The translations under genes were made by a program, and so were the position numbers. Positions 9,758 to 19,109 of a DNA stretch of 64,000 nucleotides are shown in pieces. Under the pieces are notes generated by a model, which was not told where the DNA came from, made no database searches, and worked only from the letters and a program-made list of their open reading frames with translations. Positions within the stretch are counted from its first letter, which is position 1, and each line of letters opens with the position of its first letter. The stretch comes from an uncultured Erysipelotrichia bacterium (GTDB lineage: Bacteria > Bacillota_I > Bacilli_A > JBKEDG01), in contig CAZQIG010000006.1 of the NCBI GenBank assembly GCA_964593055.1, forward strand, positions 28,668 through 92,667. The letters are read 5' to 3'.

Positions 9758-9998
9758 TTTATTTTTGAACTAGCCCCAATAATTGGAGAAAAGTTCAAAC
9801 ATAATTAAATTATAATCAGGTAAGTTGTAAACAACTCAATCCTGTCAACGGAGGCTTCACCGCCCTCGTCAGTTGGGACGCCAGAGCCGAAGACTGGCCG
9901 ACCCAAGGTCAAAGTGGATTTTTTAATAAAGGTGATAGACACGAGAATGTTATTCTCGTGTCTTTTTGCGTTCATTAATAATTTAGGAGGGTGAATAA
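9758..9998 (+). promoter_or_regulatory. Left end of the inserted element: a 241-bp leader repeated identically at 38666..38906
   Basis: It starts with a short inverted repeat (TTTTGAAC...GTTCAAA) and a TATAAT box near 9819. An unusually GC-rich segment of about 90 nt follows (9833..9920, roughly 60% GC) and ends in a T-run. A perfect intrinsic terminator lies 30 nt before the RBS of the next gene. Confidence 0.45.
9938..9968 (+). terminator. Attenuator-type intrinsic terminator inside the leader, upstream of the possible replication-initiator gene
   Basis: GACACGAGAAT-gtt-ATTCTCGTGTC is an 11-bp perfect stem followed by TTTTTG. Confidence 0.6.
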
Positions 9999-10877
9999 AT
10001 GAATTATAGAGCCAAAGATAAAAATAATATCTTCATCGAATTTAAACATATGCTAGATTATGAATTATCTGAAGATATTATTAAAGCAAGAATTTTTCAT
10101 AGCAATTTAGGTAATCAAAAATCAACAATCGATGCTAAGTTAAGAAAATATCAATTGATTGATAAATTAAATAGACGACAAGCTGTTAATAATCGAAGTG
10201 CTTATGTCTTTGATGTAATGTTACCGAGAAACTATTTGATAAATAAAAACATTGGTAAGTTAAAAAACTATATTACTGAACTTGTAAATGATTTTAAAAA
10301 TGATCATAACTTAAAATACTACGCTTACTTTATTAAAATAGGTAAAGCACGAATTTTAAGAATTGTTATTTTAAATAGAATAATCGATTTTTCTACTTTA
10401 AAGTTTTATGAAAAAGATGGAAAATTAATCTATGATAAACAGATTGTCTATATTAGTAATAAAATAAGGATTCCACATTTTGCAACTAGAACAAAGGGTT
10501 CAAAAGAAATTTTTCAAGCAACAATTGAAGAATATAAACTATTACTCATTCGCATATTAACGATAAAAGTCATTCAAGTAAATGACTTTATCAAAAAGGT
10601 GAGCTATAAGACATGCGTAAAAACCTATGAAGGATACACACATCTTTTAATTACACATAATTACTATAATCACCTCAAAAAACGGAAAATTAAGGCAATT
10701 AATACTTATATTGGTGCTATTAATGAACACTTGATATTGAACCAGGAACATTCTAAAACAATTATTAGAAATGCAAAAAATAAGATTAAATTCTATAAGG
10801 GGTTTAAAGTGAAAGACTTATTAAAGTTAGAAGCAGAAATAATTATTGAAATTGCTATTATCAAGCAAAAAAATTAA
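9999..10877 (+). CDS. Duplicated 292-aa protein, the first gene of the element; a replication-initiator or regulator role is only a hypothesis
   Basis: It lies directly downstream of the attenuator leader and ahead of parA-parB, the position a plasmid-type rep gene would occupy. A near-identical N-terminal two-thirds copy sits at 38907. I recognise no catalytic motif. Confidence 0.3.
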   Translation: MNYRAKDKNNIFIEFKHMLDYELSEDIIKARIFHSNLGNQKSTIDAKLRKYQLIDKLNRRQAVNNRSAYVFDVMLPRNYLINKNIGKLKNYITELVNDFKNDHNLKYYAYFIKIGKARILRIVILNRIIDFSTLKFYEKDGKLIYDKQIVYISNKIRIPHFATRTKGSKEIFQATIEEYKLLLIRILTIKVIQVNDFIKKVSYKTCVKTYEGYTHLLITHNYYNHLKKRKIKAINTYIGAINEHLILNQEHSKTIIRNAKNKIKFYKGFKVKDLLKLEAEIIIEIAIIKQKN

Positions 10878-10977
10878 AAATTTAATATATGCAAAGAACT
10901 TTGCGTATTTATAGGATTAGTAGGAGCACATTTATGTGTGACAACCTTTCCGCCCATCAAAATAGAAAGTAGGTGAA

Positions 10978-11499
10978 ATGATGAAAACAAAGTACAACTT
11001 TTCTAAATTAGAAGATTTAAAAAGAAGAAATCGAAAGATTTTTAAAATTAAGAGTCATTTAAGAAATAAAATAGTTATTGAATTAGTTGATCCTAGTCAA
11101 TATTTAAAGAAAAAAGGGTATCGAGTAATTCATTTAAACAGTTTTTATAGATTTTTAAACTATTTAGAAGTCCATAAAGATGAACAACTTTTTAAATCTT
11201 TAGGTATTGATAAAACTATTGTTGACTTCTATATTATTTTCAATGGCTTTCCTTTAGAAAATGGCTTTACAGATAAACAACTTCAAGAATTAAAGAAAGT
11301 TAGTGATGAAAAACTTTATACAGTAGATGATTTATGGTTAGAAATTAGAATTAGAGAGAATAACAAATATTTAGCTCCTGAAAAAATTTACATTAAAGTG
11401 TGGGAACAAATTAATCTAGCTTATTATAACTATTTATTGAGCTTAGATTATCAAGATACAGCAATTGGAAAGAATTTGAAGAGGAGGATCTTAAGGTGA
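10978..11499 (+). CDS. Hypothetical protein, paralogue of 39912..40421
   Basis: A 173-aa ORF with shared blocks YRFLNYLEV and LWLEIRIRENN...IYIKVWEQIN. Confidence 0.45.
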   Translation: MMKTKYNFSKLEDLKRRNRKIFKIKSHLRNKIVIELVDPSQYLKKKGYRVIHLNSFYRFLNYLEVHKDEQLFKSLGIDKTIVDFYIIFNGFPLENGFTDKQLQELKKVSDEKLYTVDDLWLEIRIRENNKYLAPEKIYIKVWEQINLAYYNYLLSLDYQDTAIGKNLKRRILR

Positions 11500-11969
11500 A
11501 AGAAGAGTCTAAGCCAAAAACTAAAAGAGAAAAGATGAACCGTAGTTGTCGAAATGTTGAGTATTTAAGAAAAATAATTTCTCAAAAAGAAGTCCGTGAA
11601 TTGACTTCAATTAATGAATTTTGTGAAAAAAATAATCTTAATAAAGAAACTGCACATAGATTTGCAACATATATTGATCCTAAGATAAGAACAAAGGGAT
11701 TTGATTATGGAATTGACTTAGATATTTTAAAATTTTATTTGTATTACATAGGTCACACTAAAAAAGTAGAAAGTACTAAAAGAGCAAGGGAACTCAGAAA
11801 ACTTTCAACTAAAAATACTTATAGTGATAATTTATTATGGATCGAAATTAAAACAATGGATCAAAACAAATCAATTTATTTAGCTAAATCACATCATAAA
11901 ATTACTAAATACATTAATGTTGGATACTATAGATATTTAGTAGAAAGAAAAATAATTAATAAAAAATAG
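11496..11969 (+). CDS. Hypothetical basic protein
   Basis: A 157-aa ORF. A truncated 47-codon relic sits at 40450..40593 (RSCRNVEYLRKIISQKEV versus RSCNIEYVMKRISEKKV). Confidence 0.4.
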   Translation: MKEESKPKTKREKMNRSCRNVEYLRKIISQKEVRELTSINEFCEKNNLNKETAHRFATYIDPKIRTKGFDYGIDLDILKFYLYYIGHTKKVESTKRARELRKLSTKNTYSDNLLWIEIKTMDQNKSIYLAKSHHKITKYINVGYYRYLVERKIINKK

Positions 11970-11984
11970 AGGGAGGATTTAATT

Positions 11985-12755
11985 ATGAAAGTTATAGCTA
12001 TTTACAATTTTAAAGGTGGAGTTGGAAAAACTACCACTACAAAGTTTCTAGCAAAGTATTTTGCTGAAAAGAGAGGAAAAAGAGTTTTACTTGTTGATAT
12101 GGATCCACAAGCAAATTTATCGAGTCAATTTATAATATCAAATGAAACTAATCGGACAACATATCATTTGTTATTAGAAGATAGTGCAAGTTTAAAGAAT
12201 TGTATTTCTAAAACTACGGATAAAAACATAGATATTATCATAAGTGATTTCAACTTATTAAAAGCTAATAATGAATTATTGCAAGAAGCCATTACAAAAC
12301 CACCTGCTGGAAGGTTAGCAAAGAAAATGGTATCAAATGATACCAAAGATTATGATTATATTTTAATTGATTGTCCACCAACAATGGATTTACTTGTGAC
12401 TAATTCTTTAGTGATAACCGATGAAATTATTATTCCAGTTAAAGCTGATAGATATTCAGTAGATGGACTAGAAATGATGTTAGAAAAAATTAATGAGATT
12501 AAAAACTCTTATAATGAAAATTTAAAAATCTCATCTATATTTCTAAATCAATACAAACACACAAACTTACATAAAGAACTATTCACATTACTAAATGAAC
12601 AGTTAGAATATATGAATGCAAATTATATTGGTGATTATTCAATTGTTTCTAGAGACACGGTATCAGATGATACCAAAATTGAAAAACATAAAATAACTGA
12701 ACAGTATGATAAATTATTTTCCTCGATTATGGATGAGATAAATGAATTTAACTAA
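11985..12755 (+). CDS. parA: ParA/Soj-family partition ATPase
   Basis: The deviant Walker A KGGVGKTT is at the N-terminus and D(M)DPQ is present. It is followed by a ParB-like gene. Confidence 0.8.
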   Translation: MKVIAIYNFKGGVGKTTTTKFLAKYFAEKRGKRVLLVDMDPQANLSSQFIISNETNRTTYHLLLEDSASLKNCISKTTDKNIDIIISDFNLLKANNELLQEAITKPPAGRLAKKMVSNDTKDYDYILIDCPPTMDLLVTNSLVITDEIIIPVKADRYSVDGLEMMLEKINEIKNSYNENLKISSIFLNQYKHTNLHKELFTLLNEQLEYMNANYIGDYSIVSRDTVSDDTKIEKHKITEQYDKLFSSIMDEINEFN

Positions 12756-13470
12756 TTTAGAAAATTTGAATAAGAAAATTACCATGAGTAATGAAAAAAC
12801 CATTGGTCGAATAGCAGAAGTAGAAATTAATAAGTTGATTAAGAATCCTATTAATTTTTATGATGAATATTATGATCTGGATAACTTAGTAGCTTCCATT
12901 AAAGAATTTGGGTTAATAGAACCTATTCAAATAACCGCTAACTATCTTGTTATTAGTGGACATAGGAGACTAGAAGCTTGTAAGAGAGCAAAGTTAAATC
13001 AAATTAAGGTTATTTTTGTTGAAAGTGAAGATAAAGAAAAATTAGCTATCAAACTAATTGAAGCTAATCGTCATCGTGAAAAGACATCTGAGGAAAGACA
13101 AAAAGAAATTGCAATTTTAGAAAAATACTATCAAAATTTACAAGCTAAAGGTCTTAAACCTAAAGGTCGAATCAGAACTTTAATTGCCAAAGACTTAGGT
13201 ATATCAGAAGCTACAGTTTCGAGGAACTTAAAAAAGGTATCAAATGATACCAATAACAAAGATAATGGATTAAAGAATTTTAGAAAGTTAGATAAGATAT
13301 TAAGATTATGCAAGAAAGATTTAACAGAAGAGAAAGTAATATCTACACAATCACTCGAAGTGATAATTGATACGTTATTTGAAAATTTAGATCTCAAGCT
13401 TTTAGAACAACTTAATGAAGAACAAAACAATCACAAACAGTTTACGATTGACGATTGTATTACTGAATAA
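12742..13470 (+). CDS. ParB/Srx-domain protein (partition or nuclease-like)
   Basis: A ParB N-terminal domain (IEPIQITANYLVISGHRRLEACKRA), then an HTH region (LIAKDLGISEATVSRNL). Confidence 0.6.
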   Translation: MNLTNLENLNKKITMSNEKTIGRIAEVEINKLIKNPINFYDEYYDLDNLVASIKEFGLIEPIQITANYLVISGHRRLEACKRAKLNQIKVIFVESEDKEKLAIKLIEANRHREKTSEERQKEIAILEKYYQNLQAKGLKPKGRIRTLIAKDLGISEATVSRNLKKVSNDTNNKDNGLKNFRKLDKILRLCKKDLTEEKVISTQSLEVIIDTLFENLDLKLLEQLNEEQNNHKQFTIDDCITE

Positions 13471-13498
13471 TAATAAAATTTCTGTATTCATTGTTGGT

Positions 13499-13546
13499 TG
13501 TATAGCATTGATTACTTTCCCCCTCTATTGTAGTCAATGCTATACA
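13499..13546. repeat. Perfect 13-bp inverted repeat with a 22-bp spacer immediately downstream of parB
   Basis: TGTATAGCATTGA at 13499..13511 pairs with TCAATGCTATACA at 13534..13546. Confidence 0.5.
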
Positions 13547-13598
13547 GCTAATAATGAGTAATGGTTAAAAACTTTAATAGAATGGCGATTAATAAGTA

Positions 13599-14543
13599 TT
13601 ATTTTTGAATATACCATCTATATATTTTTATGCTGAATGTCAAAATGAATGCAAATACAAATAATTGAATAATTGTATCATTCCATAAAATTAAGAAATG
13701 ATAATCAAAAAGTAGCAGTGGTTCATTTTCTAGTTCTATTGCAATAGATATTGCTTTGATTGATATGCTTATTGATGCAAATAAAGCCACAGTGTAGTGG
13801 AATTGTCGAACAAAATCAGTTCTAGTATAAATAAATATGTCACTTTTTCTCTTGTAAAATATTTTTGAGGTCACATTTGACATGTAAGTTTCACCAGGCT
13901 TATATGATTTTGTAAAAACAATTTTTGTTACAACAAATAAGTAGAATACTAAAAAAAATAATGAGCTGAATAAGATTGCATTAAATACATATTTTTCTGC
14001 ATTGTTCAAAATGATAGTTCGGCTTGTTTCTACTACAACGTTTAATTGAGTGAATAATATAAAAGGCAAGAAATAGCCTAGGGATATCAGTACTCCAATT
14101 ATCAAATAATATTCAATATTGAGATTCGTAATATTATTATGTTTGTAGTCTAAATATAGTACTGTTGTAAAGATGGAGATAATAAAAATAAAAACAAATG
14201 CTAAGCCATGCATAGGAGTAACTATTAGTGATGAGAAAATTGAAAAATTAATTTTTAATATTACAAAGCAAATGATTTGAATAATCAATATCCTTATTAT
14301 TTGAAATTTTTCTATTTTTGAATTATAACAAAACCAATATATAAAACTACTTATAGAAGTTGTGAAAGCAATGGAAATTAAGATCATAAAAAAAATTTTT
14401 GGTAAAATAAATTTTTCTGGAATAAAGAAACAAATTATGCATATCATGATGGTAAAGCTGAATCCAACGTGAATTTGAGTTTTGTCACATGAGTGAACAC
14501 TGCTTAGTATTGATTTTTTAGTAATTTCAACTAATTTTCTCAT
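13599..14543 (-). CDS. Polytopic membrane protein, function unknown (the only gene on the - strand inside the element)
   Basis: 314 aa with eight or more hydrophobic helices. Confidence 0.4.
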   Translation of the reverse strand: MRKLVEITKKSILSSVHSCDKTQIHVGFSFTIMICIICFFIPEKFILPKIFFMILISIAFTTSISSFIYWFCYNSKIEKFQIIRILIIQIICFVILKINFSIFSSLIVTPMHGLAFVFIFIISIFTTVLYLDYKHNNITNLNIEYYLIIGVLISLGYFLPFILFTQLNVVVETSRTIILNNAEKYVFNAILFSSLFFLVFYLFVVTKIVFTKSYKPGETYMSNVTSKIFYKRKSDIFIYTRTDFVRQFHYTVALFASISISIKAISIAIELENEPLLLFDYHFLILWNDTIIQLFVFAFILTFSIKIYRWYIQK

Positions 14544-14819
14544 ATAATACCTCCTAAAATCAATTCACTTAAATTATAACAAAATTAAAAAACGATATAA
14601 AGCAACATTATCACTCAATAATTATAAAACTATCAAATAGTTTTTATAATATAAATAAAAACTGAATAAATAAATTTTATATTTGTATGTGGATATGAAA
14701 TTGTAGAAATAGGTTACGTGTTCCTTTGTAAAAAGCACTTGACACATATGTATGATTATTTATTATTAAGATATGAAAAATATGTTATAATAAAACTAAT
14801 TAGTGATACAATTTGAGAG

Positions 14820-15695
14820 GTGATACTTATGAATATTATTAGAAAAATATTATTGATATTAATATCAATATGTTCAATAATAAGTATTTCTACACTTATT
14901 TATATTAGTGCATTTCAAAAGGTAAAAATAGGATTTGTGGCAGTAGAACAAACTGTTCAAATTCGTGATTATAAAAATTATAATACTTATGCTGATTTTA
15001 TTGAAGAATTAGATTTTGATGAGTTGATGTTAGCATACAGTATTGAAGAAGATAGTTATGATTACATTAACTTAGCAATTTCTTTTGATCGAGAAGTAAA
15101 TTTTTATAATCATAATCATCCTGAATACTCGATAGATGAGTTCTTAGAAAAGTTTGGCGATCAAAAAATTCAAGATGGAGCATTAGTTCATTTTGTTTAC
15201 TATAAAGAAATAGAAAGTGAACAAGTGGAAATTATAAAATATGAAAGTTTTGAAGAAAAAGATGAGACACTTGATAGCGGTAGTACAGAAATCAAAGTTG
15301 AAGGTATTGATGGTAAAACTATTACACCTAAGATAGAAGTTTATCGTAATGGAAAATTAATAGATACTATTATAGGAGAAACAGAAAGAATTGAACCAGT
15401 TAATGAAATTGTTTTGGTGGGAACTAAATTGTCAAGAAACTATAGTAGTTCATCAACTTCAAGTAATAGTAGCTCAAGTCACTCAACTACTAATAATTCT
15501 TCAAATGACTCTAATAATACTTCTCCATCCAATGAAGCTACGAAACCTGTTGAAAAAACTTGGTACTTACGTGTGACACCTTTTGGAGGAACTCAATATG
15601 TTGATTCTACGTATACTAGTGAAAGCTCATGCATATCTGCTGGTAAAGCATGGGGAAATAGCAATTCCGGTTCGTGGGGTTGCAAAGATTGGTAA
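14820..15695 (+). CDS. Secreted or membrane-anchored protein with a G5-like domain and a Ser/Asn-rich linker
   Basis: The N-terminus has a TM/signal segment. A G5-type block follows (IKVEGIDGKTITPKIEVYRNGKLIDTIIGETERIEPVNEIVLVGTK), then an S/N/T low-complexity linker, then a Cys-containing C-terminal module. Confidence 0.45.
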   Translation: MILMNIIRKILLILISICSIISISTLIYISAFQKVKIGFVAVEQTVQIRDYKNYNTYADFIEELDFDELMLAYSIEEDSYDYINLAISFDREVNFYNHNHPEYSIDEFLEKFGDQKIQDGALVHFVYYKEIESEQVEIIKYESFEEKDETLDSGSTEIKVEGIDGKTITPKIEVYRNGKLIDTIIGETERIEPVNEIVLVGTKLSRNYSSSSTSSNSSSSHSTTNNSSNDSNNTSPSNEATKPVEKTWYLRVTPFGGTQYVDSTYTSESSCISAGKAWGNSNSGSWGCKDW

Positions 15696-15700
15696 TAGTT

Positions 15701-15728
15701 AAACGGTATCAGTTGATACCGTTTTTAT
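15701..15728 (+). terminator. Intrinsic terminator
   Basis: AAACGGTATCAgttgaTACCGTTTTTAT. Confidence 0.5.
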
Positions 15729-15751
15729 ATTGAATATAAAAGGAGTAAAAT

Positions 15752-17683
15752 ATGAAAAAACAAGTTAAATACTTAGGAATTATTGTAATGCTTTTTGGAT
15801 TATTAAATCTAGAAAGTATTTTTTATGTAAAAAAAATTGAGGCACAAAACTTTGATACATATAAGATACCTAATTATAGTCAAGAAATAATTGATTTAGA
15901 AAAAGAAGAAGAAGATGTATATTACGCCAATGGTGAATTAAATGCATCTCCTGGGGAAATTCATTCTACAGAAGTTGAGTTACAAAACTTTGTAGATAAA
16001 TATGCTGATACTGATAATAATGGCACAGTAATTATTAAAAATGCAACTAGAGCAGGTAATACTTTAACAGTTGTATTTGAAGGTGATTACGTAGGGACAG
16101 GAAATGTTTCAAATTTTGGATTGGTTTATAAATTTAATCAATATACTAGCGGTAGGACAGCATACGCTAGATATTATATTGATGGTGTCTACTCACTATG
16201 TATTGAACCAGGAAGAAGTGTTAGTCCTGGAACATCATATAATGTTAGTGCAGTAAATGGAGATTTAGTAGTAGATTGGAGTGCAGGATACTTTGCTAGT
16301 TATCATTCTAAAACATCGGTATTAACTGCTAATGAATCTAAAAGATTGTCGAGAATGGTCTATTATGCAAGTACTAAAGTAGATTTATCTAAAAGTAGTG
16401 ATTTTGAAAAAGCATTACGTTTAATAGCTACACAGTATACAACTGATATAGATGTTACTTTTACATACAATAACAGTGAATATAGCAATATTGAAGATGA
16501 AGTGTCTATTTTACATAAGTATGCTGATGAATTTGAAATTGCACCTGTAATTGGTAATATGCCTAATGAGTTTTTAGTAGGAGAAACAATAAATTTAAAT
16601 ATTAACAATGCTAGTCAATGGACTCATATTAAAAGTACCGATAGTAACTTGAAGCTAGAAAGAACTAGTGATGGTATAAAAATAACACCTTTAAATAAAA
16701 GTGCTAATCTTTCACAAATAAAATTTACCAAAGGAAATGAAATTTCATCAAAATATAAGTTGTTTAGTAATAGTAATTCTCAAGATATGATTGCTTATAC
16801 TGAGTCAGATCCATTTAATTATTTTATGGATATAAATGTTAGGGAGGCTAGTGGAAGTCTAGAAGTTTATAAGACTGATACTATAGGTAATAAATTAGAA
16901 GGAGTTGAATTTCAAATACTAGATGGATTTTATAATGATGTAAGTAATTTAGTAACAAATGAAGAAGGATATGCAAGATTAGATAAGCTTCCACTAGGAA
17001 TTTATTATTTAGGTGAAATAAAGACATTAGATAATTTGATACTAAATAAAAATTTATTTCCTTTTGAGATAGATGAGGATGGTGCAAAGATTGTTATTAA
17101 TGTCTCGAATACAGAATATGCTAATTTAACAATATTTAAAACTGATGCAAAAACAAAGGAAAAGCTAGAAGGAGCCAAATTAAAACTAAAGTATTTTGAA
17201 GATGAAACAGGTAATTATGAATCATATTACCATGGACTAAGTAATGAATATTTGAGTGCCAATGCGATAGCATACGTTTTAACAGGTGAGTATGATGATA
17301 ATAGTTATCACATCATTGAAGATGAAACAGGAGTATTTCTTGTTGAAGATTCTACTGGAAACAAAGAACACATTGACAAGTCATATTTTGATAAAAAATA
17401 TGATAATGAATATATAACAACAGTTGATGGAATAAACCTCAACATACCTATTGGCTTATATCAAGTTTGTGAGATTAAAGCTCCAAATGGTTATTTATTG
17501 AGAAATGATTGTCTGGAATTTGAAGTTTTGGAAGGAGAAAATGAAATCAAGATTGAATTTGATAACTACGAGATAGAAACATTAGTTAAAACAGGTAGTA
17601 GAAATGAATTATGTATTTATTTTCTTGTAATAATAGTTTTCTTATTAATGAAGGCGGTAAATCGTTTTTACAAGACATGCTAA
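15752..17683 (+). CDS. Surface adhesin-like protein with two CnaB-type domains and a C-terminal sorting-signal-like tail
   Basis: The N-terminus is a signal peptide. Two CnaB-fold blocks are present (LEVYKTDTIGNKLEGVEFQILDG...LPLGIYYLGEIKTLDN and LTIFKTDAKTKEKLEGAKLKLK...YQVCEIKAPNGYLL). The C-terminus reads LVKTGS, then a hydrophobic stretch, then a basic tail (KAVNRFYK). Confidence 0.55.
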   Translation: MKKQVKYLGIIVMLFGLLNLESIFYVKKIEAQNFDTYKIPNYSQEIIDLEKEEEDVYYANGELNASPGEIHSTEVELQNFVDKYADTDNNGTVIIKNATRAGNTLTVVFEGDYVGTGNVSNFGLVYKFNQYTSGRTAYARYYIDGVYSLCIEPGRSVSPGTSYNVSAVNGDLVVDWSAGYFASYHSKTSVLTANESKRLSRMVYYASTKVDLSKSSDFEKALRLIATQYTTDIDVTFTYNNSEYSNIEDEVSILHKYADEFEIAPVIGNMPNEFLVGETINLNINNASQWTHIKSTDSNLKLERTSDGIKITPLNKSANLSQIKFTKGNEISSKYKLFSNSNSQDMIAYTESDPFNYFMDINVREASGSLEVYKTDTIGNKLEGVEFQILDGFYNDVSNLVTNEEGYARLDKLPLGIYYLGEIKTLDNLILNKNLFPFEIDEDGAKIVINVSNTEYANLTIFKTDAKTKEKLEGAKLKLKYFEDETGNYESYYHGLSNEYLSANAIAYVLTGEYDDNSYHIIEDETGVFLVEDSTGNKEHIDKSYFDKKYDNEYITTVDGINLNIPIGLYQVCEIKAPNGYLLRNDCLEFEVLEGENEIKIEFDNYEIETLVKTGSRNELCIYFLVIIVFLLMKAVNRFYKTC

Positions 17684-17731
17684 TAATATTAGAACTGTAA
17701 TAATATTATATTAAACTATGGAGGGAGATTA

Positions 17732-18814
17732 ATGTTTTATTTCATTATTTTTGTTATAATATTAATAGATATTAATATTAATAATGGAGAGGGTTTAATG
17801 AAAGCAATTGAGTGGTTAAAAAATCTTAGCATATTAAAGAGAATATCATTAGCAATAATTACCGTAGTTGGACTTATCGCTGGACTTCTTGTTAATACAT
17901 ACGGTGAAAGGGTAGTCAACTATTTTGACAATCTATGTGAAATAGAAGTAATAGCTATAGATGATCTCGTTGATGTTTACAGTTATGGTTATACAGATGC
18001 ATATTTTAAAACTGAAGAAGATAGTGTAGTTTTTATTCAAGAGACTAAAATTCCAACACCGTATATTAAAATTGAAAGTAGCAAAAATAAATGTGTTGCA
18101 GATGCCTTAGTAACTTCCTACACAAAAAATTATGAACTTGATGTACATGTTAAAGATAACGAATTTAATAAACTTGGATTTCCTTATAGTGAGAATAAAG
18201 GTGTTGGATTTACTGAGAGAAATTTAGTCACTTACTCAGATAATGATGAAAGAATGGTTATAGAAAGCGTAGTAAATGAGATGGATAGAGGTGGAACTGC
18301 TGCTTTGAATCTATATGAAGAAGAAAATATCGCCAATAGTAAAGAATGGTGTAAAGAGAAAGAATGTTATGTGGGTATATATAATACAGCCTATGATTCT
18401 GAAATATATTATGAAAGTCCTATTACTACTTTTGCTTATAATGTTCTTGAAATTCAGTTAAATAATAGAGATGATAAATATAGGAAGTATGTTGTCTTCC
18501 ATATTAACAATACTGAAACTAAGTATTCAAGAGTTTTTGTGGAAAATATTATGACTTATAATTCATCAACACTATTAAGTATAATTGAAGAAGTACAAGA
18601 AGACATTGACACGCATGAATTATGTGGAAATACAATTCAAAATGTACTTACAAATTCTTATTATAATTACTGTAACTTTTTTTATGATTCAGATATGAAA
18701 GAAGGGGTGTTATTAAGTAATTATTTGAATGAAAACCATAGTGGTGACTTTGAAATAAACTCAGAATATTATTCCGAATATAATAATACTTTATTGGAAA
18801 GGATAGAAGAATGA
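17732..18814 (+). CDS. Membrane-anchored extracytoplasmic protein (candidate T4SS accessory)
   Basis: An N-terminal TM helix is followed by a 300-aa soluble domain. I see no recognisable motif. Confidence 0.4.
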   Translation: MFYFIIFVIILIDININNGEGLMKAIEWLKNLSILKRISLAIITVVGLIAGLLVNTYGERVVNYFDNLCEIEVIAIDDLVDVYSYGYTDAYFKTEEDSVVFIQETKIPTPYIKIESSKNKCVADALVTSYTKNYELDVHVKDNEFNKLGFPYSENKGVGFTERNLVTYSDNDERMVIESVVNEMDRGGTAALNLYEEENIANSKEWCKEKECYVGIYNTAYDSEIYYESPITTFAYNVLEIQLNNRDDKYRKYVVFHINNTETKYSRVFVENIMTYNSSTLLSIIEEVQEDIDTHELCGNTIQNVLTNSYYNYCNFFYDSDMKEGVLLSNYLNENHSGDFEINSEYYSEYNNTLLERIEE

Positions 18815-18865
18815 GCTTTTATATAAGAGCTATTCAATTGACGGCTTAATAGAAGAGTAATTTAA

Positions 18866-18890
18866 GGAGAGCTAATTAGCTCTTTTTTAT
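18866..18890 (+). terminator. Intrinsic terminator
   Basis: AGAGCTAATTAGCTCT palindrome followed by TTTTTT. Confidence 0.5.
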
Positions 18891-18908
18891 TGTATTAAGG
18901 AGAAAAGA

Positions 18909-19109
18909 ATGAAAAATAAATTAAATAATTTAATTATGGAAGTACAAAATCAACTTGATACTACATATAAAAGAAATACACGAGAAATTCTTTTATGTCT
19001 AACAGAAACTGACAAATATTATATAGAGTTATGTAATCTTTATGGTTCTGATAATATAGATGATTGGTATGATAAGCTAGAAAGGGAAGTAGCACAGTAT
19101 GTTAGGTAG
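18909..19109 (+). CDS. Small hypothetical protein
   Basis: A 66-aa ORF with an RBS, translationally coupled to the next gene. Confidence 0.3.
   Translation: MKNKLNNLIMEVQNQLDTTYKRNTREILLCLTETDKYYIELCNLYGSDNIDDWYDKLEREVAQYVR

Noticed and set aside
9833-9920. GC-rich 90-nt block considered as a fragment of a group II intron, tmRNA or rRNA
   Set aside because: It is too short and has no recognisable domain V or tmRNA tag-reading frame. It is duplicated exactly with the leader, so a regulatory RNA or origin is the more likely reading. Only an Rfam search can settle this.
12164-13430. - strand ORFs of 60 and 99 aa inside parA and parB
   Set aside because: Both are fully embedded antisense to genes with clear Walker A and ParB motifs.
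15420-15560. Ser/Asn/Thr-rich stretch that could look like a tandem DNA repeat
   Set aside because: It is a low-complexity protein linker, not a regular nucleotide repeat. No CRISPR-like repeat-spacer periodicity appears anywhere in the window.
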